IMG/VR virus record: IMGVR_UViG_3300017917_001112
Coordinates: 64,001-128,000 of that record
Source: a virus
Length of the DNA stretch: 64,000 nucleotides
Reading direction: 5' to 3' (one strand)
Every line of letters begins with the position of its first letter. Positions within the stretch are counted from its first letter, which is position 1. Under the pieces are notes generated by a model. It made no database searches. It was not told the origin of the DNA and worked only from the letters and a program-made list of their open reading frames with translations. Both the position numbers and the translations under genes were made by a program. Shown in pieces: positions 55,326-62,497 of the stretch.

Positions 55326-56669
55326 ATGAAAATCTTAATGGTAATGCATACCTTCAATAACTTTGGAGGAATTATCAATCACTGCGAACATTTAATGGCA
55401 GGATTAAAAGAAATTGGTCACGAAGTAAATTTCGCATATCTTAAAGGCAACTCTACTGTAAGACCAGTTGAAATTCCTTCTAAACTTGCCGAAGGTTATG
55501 AGATTGGTATTGGTTCAGGTTATCCAGTGCACCAAGGTGATGGATGGATTGCGCCATACTATTCTTACAAAGTAAAAGAATCTGTTGACAAATTTGTTAA
55601 GACTGCCAATGAGCATGATATTGTGATTTGGCAGTCTATTTTTGGATTTAAAAACAAAGACACTGAGAAATACAAGGGTTGGTTGCCAATGGTTGAACAA
55701 GTCAAGGCAAAACAAGTTGTAATTATTCACGATGCTAATCTTAAAAAATTATATCCATGGATTTCTCTTTATGAAAAACATTTCGCTGGTCTTGCTTGCG
55801 TTCATCCTGCAGCATACGATTCAGCAGACTTTATGTCCACACCTCGAGCGTTAATTTTGAACCCTCAGGATATTGATGGCGTACCACCTACTCCAGAGTT
55901 TGCTGGTCGCGAAAACAAAATCTTGTCAATACAGACATTCAAACGCTGGAAGCGTGTGGACGACCTTATTCGTGCTGTTCCTTACATGAAAAATGTCAAG
56001 ACATTGGTAGGTGGTTATGGTATTGAGGCAGCATATATGATGTCGAAAGACAAGTGTAAAGACGAATACTTCGCAACAACACAATATGATCCAGACGTAA
56101 CACCTGACCGAGAAGGAAAGCGTATTTGGGAAAACGCTGAAAACTCAGGAAATTTTGAATATCTCGGTTTTATTTCTGGAGCGAAACGTGATGAGATTCT
56201 ACAAACATCTAAGTTTTTGGTTGACCCTTCTTGGAGCAATACTTTTGGTGAGCACTTCAATCGTGTTGTCGTGGATGCAATGCGGATTGGGACTGTGCCC
56301 ATTGCTGTAAATTTTGGTGTTTCCAACAACGAAGAAGGTAATGGAGTTTTGTTGAAGGCTGGTGAACACTATTGTATGCTCCGCAAGGATTTTACTCCAA
56401 AACAATATGGAGAAGCAATCGCTAACTTCTGTAATATGAGCGAATCCGACTACAAACGTATTCAGCTAAATAACTACGAACTAATCAAAAAGTTTGATCG
56501 AAAGGTAGTTGCTCAGCACTATATCGACTTGGCTATGGGTAAGGAAACAGGTTATCTAAACGAACTCAGAACCAAGACGAACCATGATCCATCTATTGTC
56601 CGAAATTCCATTAAAATGTTCGAAGAACACTTCGAACAGGCATCAGACTTGGACGAATTCTTCGCATAA
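55326..56669 (+). CDS. GT-B glycosyltransferase (probable DNA glycosyltransferase)
   Basis: MKILMV...GGIINH, KRVDDLIRA, EHFNRVVVDAMRIGTVPI; tail DLDEFFA. Confidence 0.8.
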   Translation: MKILMVMHTFNNFGGIINHCEHLMAGLKEIGHEVNFAYLKGNSTVRPVEIPSKLAEGYEIGIGSGYPVHQGDGWIAPYYSYKVKESVDKFVKTANEHDIVIWQSIFGFKNKDTEKYKGWLPMVEQVKAKQVVIIHDANLKKLYPWISLYEKHFAGLACVHPAAYDSADFMSTPRALILNPQDIDGVPPTPEFAGRENKILSIQTFKRWKRVDDLIRAVPYMKNVKTLVGGYGIEAAYMMSKDKCKDEYFATTQYDPDVTPDREGKRIWENAENSGNFEYLGFISGAKRDEILQTSKFLVDPSWSNTFGEHFNRVVVDAMRIGTVPIAVNFGVSNNEEGNGVLLKAGEHYCMLRKDFTPKQYGEAIANFCNMSESDYKRIQLNNYELIKKFDRKVVAQHYIDLAMGKETGYLNELRTKTNHDPSIVRNSIKMFEEHFEQASDLDEFFA

Positions 56670-56674
56670 ATGTC

Positions 56675-56703
56675 TTGACATCGAACACCTTTTAGGGTAT
56701 AAT
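56675..56703 (+). promoter_or_regulatory. sigma70 promoter
   Basis: TTGACA-N17-TATAAT. Confidence 0.8.
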
Positions 56704-56723
56704 TATGCTTTAAGAGGTGAACG

Positions 56724-57395
56724 ATGAATAAAGGTAAATTTTTAGCAAATTACCATGGGGATTTTGTAGATATTCTCAAGGTAGATTTACCAAGACTTGT
56801 TCCCAGTGTGTTGTGGGACAAACTAGACACATATCGAAATGACCCAGTGGGCATGAAGCGTTATTTGGCTAGACACCACAAGACTGTCCTCTATACAGAA
56901 AGATCCAAAAACAAAGAGTTTTATGTCTCTGGCGAGTTCGCCATGGACGAAGAGAAGATGCAACTGTTCACAGTTCGACCAAGATACTTTTCTGATAAGG
57001 CATGGGATGATTTCAAGTTTGAGGTAATTATTACATTGATGCATGAATATGTGCATTTCATGCAGTGGTTGTGTCATGAAGACAAATATGAGTGGATTTT
57101 AATTCACAAAGAACACTCTGATAAAAAACTACAAGAAGAGCGTGATTATTATGCAGCATGGGGAGAGATACAAGCGTATGCTCATTGCATTTTAATCGAA
57201 ATGAAAACCAGAAACATCAATAAACCAGCAGCCAAGATGTTGATGGCAAAAAGAGTTGGCTATTATTCACCAACACTGAAAACCATCAGAAAACAGTTCG
57301 ATGGATTTGATATACCAATTCGTTATCTCTACAGAGAAGTTTTGCGTTGGGAGAAGCGTTACGAACGCCATGCCGAGCACCTAAATATATCATAA
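56724..57395 (+). CDS. HExxH zincin-like protein
   Basis: MHEYVHFMQ with downstream EIQAYA. Confidence 0.65.
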   Translation: MNKGKFLANYHGDFVDILKVDLPRLVPSVLWDKLDTYRNDPVGMKRYLARHHKTVLYTERSKNKEFYVSGEFAMDEEKMQLFTVRPRYFSDKAWDDFKFEVIITLMHEYVHFMQWLCHEDKYEWILIHKEHSDKKLQEERDYYAAWGEIQAYAHCILIEMKTRNINKPAAKMLMAKRVGYYSPTLKTIRKQFDGFDIPIRYLYREVLRWEKRYERHAEHLNIS

Positions 57396-57411
57396 ATTTG
57401 GGTTCATAATA

Positions 57412-58806
57412 ATGGCAAAAAAATATTTCCAAGGCGAAAGTGGATTCAAAATACTTGCTGGCACAAATACCAAACTAAAATCACTTTTCGCCAAATTAAA
57501 AGATTACAAGTTGCTTCTGTTTTTAGAAACAGAGGACGGGAAGACCTCAGGTATCCCAAGAATGAAACTTGTTTCTGAAGACATTAAAGTTTTCCAAGCC
57601 ATCTTCAAAATCCTTTCATCAGACAAGGCTCTACAGTCTACACTAGAAAAAGCAAACAATCAAGCATTGTTTGTCTCTGGTAATCAAAAGTTTAGATTGT
57701 ATAAGTCAGGTGGTCGCTTGACTAATGTTATCGACAACGATGGCAACATGATCGGGAACAAAGTTCCTTCTACAGCACAACAAGAAGATGCGGTAAGATA
57801 TATTTTAGAAGTTGGCTCAAAAGGAATGCCTTCTAAAGAATCAATCAATAAAGCAGCAGGATTTGAATTTGGTAAAGATTGGCACGATTCGTTTGTGAAA
57901 ACATACGCAGCTGTTATTACTGTAATAACAAAAGCATCGTTGGCTCAGTATAATTTTTATCGTGACTCAAATCCAAAGAAAATTGCCTTTCTTAATCAAA
58001 TGACTGACGAGAAGTATTTACCAGATAGTAAAGATAACTGGAATCCAGCAGACGTGTGGGCAGTTAAAAAGTCTGCCGAAGGCAAACTTGGAATGGATGT
58101 TGGTAAGATATACAATAAATTAAAAGAAGGTAAGGCAGGAATTGAAGATCTAAATGGCTTTGTTCAAAAGTCATTTGATAACAAAGATTTGATTGGTATT
58201 TCTCTTAAGAAAGTTGCTGGTCCAAAAGCAAAGATTATTAAAGTTCAAGTTGATAGCAACATGGAGAAAAGCATTAAGTTCTCTGGTGTGTCATCAAAAT
58301 TTGTATATAATGTTGAAAATTCTTACTTTGATGCTTTGTTAAAATTTAAAGCATACAAAGATGATGTTTTATATCGTTTCCGTTTCCGTCCTCGTGCTGC
58401 ATCTGGTCAATTAAAAACTTATGGAGAAGGACAACCACAGGATGCTAAAGTTTGGGATGGTGCTATCTCTTCAGATTTAATCAATAAACTATTTCCAAAA
58501 ATCCAAGGTTGGACTAAATTCTGTGAATCTGAATTAAAACCAATGGACACAGTATATAATACATTGATCGGACAAACAAAAGATAAAGATTTTGCGAACT
58601 ATATTAAGAAAGGTTCGTATTCTTTAGTGACAGTTAATGGTATAAAAGATAAACAAGCAGATCCACAAAAAATACGCAGAGCATGTGTTCTGTTATATTA
58701 CATTTGGCATTTAGAAACAACAAATCAAGTTACTTCGTTTCCTCAAATGTATATGGCTGCTAAAAAGATGAATGCGTTTTCATCTGTGCACTATAAGGTA
58801 AGTTAA
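57412..58806 (+). CDS. Putative PD-(D/E)xK-like nuclease
   Basis: TAQQE, WNPADVW, IGISLKK. Confidence 0.5.
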   Translation: MAKKYFQGESGFKILAGTNTKLKSLFAKLKDYKLLLFLETEDGKTSGIPRMKLVSEDIKVFQAIFKILSSDKALQSTLEKANNQALFVSGNQKFRLYKSGGRLTNVIDNDGNMIGNKVPSTAQQEDAVRYILEVGSKGMPSKESINKAAGFEFGKDWHDSFVKTYAAVITVITKASLAQYNFYRDSNPKKIAFLNQMTDEKYLPDSKDNWNPADVWAVKKSAEGKLGMDVGKIYNKLKEGKAGIEDLNGFVQKSFDNKDLIGISLKKVAGPKAKIIKVQVDSNMEKSIKFSGVSSKFVYNVENSYFDALLKFKAYKDDVLYRFRFRPRAASGQLKTYGEGQPQDAKVWDGAISSDLINKLFPKIQGWTKFCESELKPMDTVYNTLIGQTKDKDFANYIKKGSYSLVTVNGIKDKQADPQKIRRACVLLYYIWHLETTNQVTSFPQMYMAAKKMNAFSSVHYKVS

Positions 58807-60015
58807 ATGTTTAATTTAAAAGGTTACATTGCGGAAGCAGCTAATGATACAACAAGATTAAAACACTTGTCGCATTTAGAAGATCTCATTTTTGAAGAAG
58901 GTAAACAAGGTTTACAATTTGCTATTGATAGTATTCAAATATATGTAAACGCATTATACAACAAATCTTCTGGCGCAACAATCACAACCAAATGGGATGG
59001 TTCTCCATCAATCATCGTTCATCAATCGGGAAATGATTATTGGGTCGCATCAAAATCAGCATTTAACGCAACCCCAAAACTAAACAGAACTGATTCTGAT
59101 ATTGAAGCAAATCACGGACACTCTGCTGGTTTGGTTGAGAAATTAAAATATGCACTGAAATATTGTAAAGATCTTGGTATTAATGGAACTTTGCAGGGAG
59201 ATTTCTTATATACTGATGGTGATTTAAAACCACAAACAATTGATGGAGTAAAACATGTTACTTTCAAACCCAATACTATTACTTATGCTGTCGCTGTGGA
59301 TAGCGACTTGGGGCGAAGAATCCTCGCTTCTAAGATGGGTATTATTTTTCACACTTATTATACTGGCAATGACTTTACCACTATGAAAGCAAATTTTGGT
59401 TACTCAGTTGAGAAACTAAAAAAGTCAAGAAATGTTTTTGTTGATGATGCTATTCTAAAAGATAAAACAAAAGATCTAACTCTAACACAAGCAGAACAAG
59501 AAACGATATTGAATGCGCATGCTGAATTGAAGAAATTGAACATGGCTATACCAACATCGTTTTTGTCTTGGTTGTCTACACATAAAATCGTATCTGCATT
59601 GATTGCAAAATATAACAATGCTAATGTGCGTGCTGGTAGTTACGTTGGTTCATCAAAGGCGCATGGTGTTTCGCAATTTATTCACGATGAGTTACAAAAA
59701 GAAATTGATAAAGTAAAGACAACAACAACTAAAACAAAAAAAGAAAACGAAAGACAACAGATTTTAGATTTCGTTGATTCACATAAAATGGTTCTAGAGA
59801 AAGTATATGAAGCATTCTCTCTAGTTGTTGCTTGTAAAATGATTATTGTTTCGAAATTAAATAGACTCGAGACTGGCGTATCTGGATTTGTGGAGAAAGG
59901 TAACGCATTGGTGCCAACAGCACCAGAAGGTTTCGTTGCGGTTCAAGGAGATCGTGTTGTTAAGTTGGTTGATCGACTTGAGTTTTCAAGAAATAACTTT
60001 TTGAGGCAGAGATGA
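58807..60015 (+). CDS. Ligase-like nucleotidyltransferase (DUF6267-type)
   Basis: HLSHLED, TKWDG, LQGDFLY, PEGFV, VKLVDRLEFS. Confidence 0.65.
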   Translation: MFNLKGYIAEAANDTTRLKHLSHLEDLIFEEGKQGLQFAIDSIQIYVNALYNKSSGATITTKWDGSPSIIVHQSGNDYWVASKSAFNATPKLNRTDSDIEANHGHSAGLVEKLKYALKYCKDLGINGTLQGDFLYTDGDLKPQTIDGVKHVTFKPNTITYAVAVDSDLGRRILASKMGIIFHTYYTGNDFTTMKANFGYSVEKLKKSRNVFVDDAILKDKTKDLTLTQAEQETILNAHAELKKLNMAIPTSFLSWLSTHKIVSALIAKYNNANVRAGSYVGSSKAHGVSQFIHDELQKEIDKVKTTTTKTKKENERQQILDFVDSHKMVLEKVYEAFSLVVACKMIIVSKLNRLETGVSGFVEKGNALVPTAPEGFVAVQGDRVVKLVDRLEFSRNNFLRQR

Positions 60016-60362
60016 AAACAATATTAACAGTTGTTATATTTACATTACTTACTGGCTGTTCTTTTATTATGCCAAAACCACATGACTCAGAAATGTTTGG
60101 TCGTTTGGTAGATGTTAAAATTGCAGTCGATAAGTTAGAGTGTGGTAATCCACTTATGTTTCAGAACGCAGATGAACATATTGAGCGTCTAAGAATTTAT
60201 GCTGAATTGAGAAAAGACCCACAAGCAGATTCAATACATAAGTTGCAGGATGCAATTAAAAAAGCAGGAGAATCTAAAAATAAAGTTTTCTGCGAATCAG
60301 TTGTAAAAACAAGTAAGACTAGAATTGATGTTGTGGTTGACGCATGGAAAGGAAGATTCTGA
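60012..60362 (+). CDS. Predicted lipoprotein
   Basis: Signal peptide with lipobox LTGC. Confidence 0.7.
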   Translation: MKTILTVVIFTLLTGCSFIMPKPHDSEMFGRLVDVKIAVDKLECGNPLMFQNADEHIERLRIYAELRKDPQADSIHKLQDAIKKAGESKNKVFCESVVKTSKTRIDVVVDAWKGRF

Positions 60363-60592
60363 TGTTAGAACAATTAAGAGAAGTAGCTGGTCAAGGTGGA
60401 CCAGCAGCATCACTAGCAAATGAGTTGTTAGTTATTCGTGACAATTTTGAAAAAGGAGAACTTTCTCAAGAAGAGTATCAGTTTCTTCTTAACGAAATTG
60501 CTGATATTAGAGCACAACAAGAATTAGCAAATGATGAAATCGCATGTCGCTGGATTGCTGAAGTCGCAAAGGGATTAGCAGCCGTAGTATGA
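60362..60592 (+). CDS. Small hypothetical protein
   Basis: TGATG-coupled; GELSQEEY. Confidence 0.55.
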   Translation: MLEQLREVAGQGGPAASLANELLVIRDNFEKGELSQEEYQFLLNEIADIRAQQELANDEIACRWIAEVAKGLAAVV

Positions 60593-61236
60593 GTGATTTA
60601 AAAGAACTTTTCAGCGAATTTGCTAAAGCCAAAGCAGAAGCAAAAAAACTTCAAGAAGAAACACCAAAGGGTCAAGCACTTAAAGGTGTGAAGGAGAGAC
60701 TCAAAGAAAATAATGAAATCGGAGAGTTGCTTGAGGTTTTTGTTGAAAAGAAAGCACAACCAAAACAGGTTGTTAAAAAAATTATTAAAGAAATAATTGT
60801 TGAGAAAGAAGTAACAAATAAAGATTCATTTCAGCAACCAGCACCGCAACCAGTAGATGCAAATATAGCTGGTATTATTAAAAAGATGCAGTTTCTTGAG
60901 CAAGCGATTGGTAGAATTGCTGCTCATGGTCCAGGTGGTGGTGCAGGAGATGTTGTTAATCTTGATCACCAAACAACACTGGTAACAACACCAACATATA
61001 CTGTTGGTAGAAAAGACTACTACGTTGGCATCGATTATGCTGGCACAGTAACAATAACACTACCAACCAATGTTAAAAATGGCAGATATGTCATAATTAA
61101 AGACGAATCTGGACGTTGTTCAAAATTTCCAATTATTGTTCTAGGAAATGTTGATAATGACCCAAATGGTTTTATTTTAAAAATAGACAATGGTGGTATA
61201 CAAATGATTTATAGAGATGGGTGGAGAATAGTATGA
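60589..61236 (+). CDS. Coiled-coil + fibre-like domain protein
   Basis: GPGGGAG linker, then DYYVGIDYAGTVTITLP...IIKDESG. Confidence 0.55.
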   Translation: MSDLKELFSEFAKAKAEAKKLQEETPKGQALKGVKERLKENNEIGELLEVFVEKKAQPKQVVKKIIKEIIVEKEVTNKDSFQQPAPQPVDANIAGIIKKMQFLEQAIGRIAAHGPGGGAGDVVNLDHQTTLVTTPTYTVGRKDYYVGIDYAGTVTITLPTNVKNGRYVIIKDESGRCSKFPIIVLGNVDNDPNGFILKIDNGGIQMIYRDGWRIV

Positions 61237-62459
61237 CATATTTGTTTCAAGAAAATCAAAACATTGATGCGTTCGGTCGTGGTCGCACTAGTGAACCATT
61301 TACGCTTGGAGATTACAAACATCTATATGGATTAGATCCTAATTTTATAGATTATACTGTTAATGGTGGAACTGTATCATTTCAGGAAAATAAAGCATGC
61401 GCAAGATTAACTACTACAAGTAATCCTTTATCTAGAGTTGTTCACCAAACCAAATTTTATCATCATTACATGCCTGGAAAAAGTCAGATTATTTTTTCTA
61501 GTTTTAACTTTTATACAGCAGTTGCTAATGTTACAAAAAGAACAGGCTACTACGATGATAATGATGGTATCTATTTGGAACAAACAGGAAATGGCACATT
61601 AAATTTTGTCATCAGAAGTTATGTTACTGGTGCGCCAACCGAAAGAAGAATTCCGCAGTCTCAATGGAGCGAAGATAAGTGCGATGGAACTGGAGCCAGT
61701 GCTTTTAATTTAGACATTACAAAAACGCAACTATTTTGGATTGATTTCCAATGGCTTGGTGTTGGGAGAGTTCGTTGTGGTTTTGTTCACGATGGACAAT
61801 ATGTAATTGCTCATGTGTTTAATAACAGTAATAATCTAGCAACTGTCTATATGAGTAATCCAAACCTACCAGTTCGTTGCGAACTTCTTAATACAGGAGA
61901 AACAGCTGGTGGATTTTTTGATCAAATCTGTTCTACTGTTATGTCCGAAGGTGGATATATTGAGGCAGGAATTGATTGGGGTGTTACAAATACACCAAGA
62001 TTATTAACTGCTGGAACAACTTCTCCTATTATGGCAATTCGTCTTAAGAACACCTATAAAACATACAAAAACAGAATGATTGTTCGTATGGAAAATCTTA
62101 AGATGTTTAGTGATGGCGAAAATATTAAATGGCGTCTTTTAAAATTACCAAATTCTAGTTATTTGACTTTTACAACATGGAACGATGTAGATGATGACAG
62201 TGGAGTTCAATACAACACAGATTGTACTGCCTGGACCGATGGCGATGAGTTAGATAATGGTTGGGTTGGAGCAAGCACTCAAGGTAGTCAAAAGGCTGGT
62301 GGATCTCCTGCAGCAAATTTACCTTCTGCAGCAAAGAAAAACTATATTGTTCAAAATTTTGATTCCACAGATTCAGAGATTTATCTAGTTGTGGCGACAA
62401 ATCTTGGATCACAGAATACCAACGTAGGTGTTGGATTCCAATGGAGAGAAGTTTATTGA
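61233..62459 (+). CDS. Virion-type protein, paralogue of the core of 184..3861
   Basis: RIPQSQW..D.CDG.G.S.F.LD..K.Q...D..W.G.G..R.GF shared. Confidence 0.65.
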   Translation: MTYLFQENQNIDAFGRGRTSEPFTLGDYKHLYGLDPNFIDYTVNGGTVSFQENKACARLTTTSNPLSRVVHQTKFYHHYMPGKSQIIFSSFNFYTAVANVTKRTGYYDDNDGIYLEQTGNGTLNFVIRSYVTGAPTERRIPQSQWSEDKCDGTGASAFNLDITKTQLFWIDFQWLGVGRVRCGFVHDGQYVIAHVFNNSNNLATVYMSNPNLPVRCELLNTGETAGGFFDQICSTVMSEGGYIEAGIDWGVTNTPRLLTAGTTSPIMAIRLKNTYKTYKNRMIVRMENLKMFSDGENIKWRLLKLPNSSYLTFTTWNDVDDDSGVQYNTDCTAWTDGDELDNGWVGASTQGSQKAGGSPAANLPSAAKKNYIVQNFDSTDSEIYLVVATNLGSQNTNVGVGFQWREVY

Positions 62460-62467
62460 TATAAATA
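62460..62467 (+). promoter_or_regulatory. Late promoter TATAAATA
   Basis: Exact consensus 30 nt before the ATG at 62498. Confidence 0.8.
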
Positions 62468-62497
62468 ATTGATTATTACCTCATATAGATGGATTAA

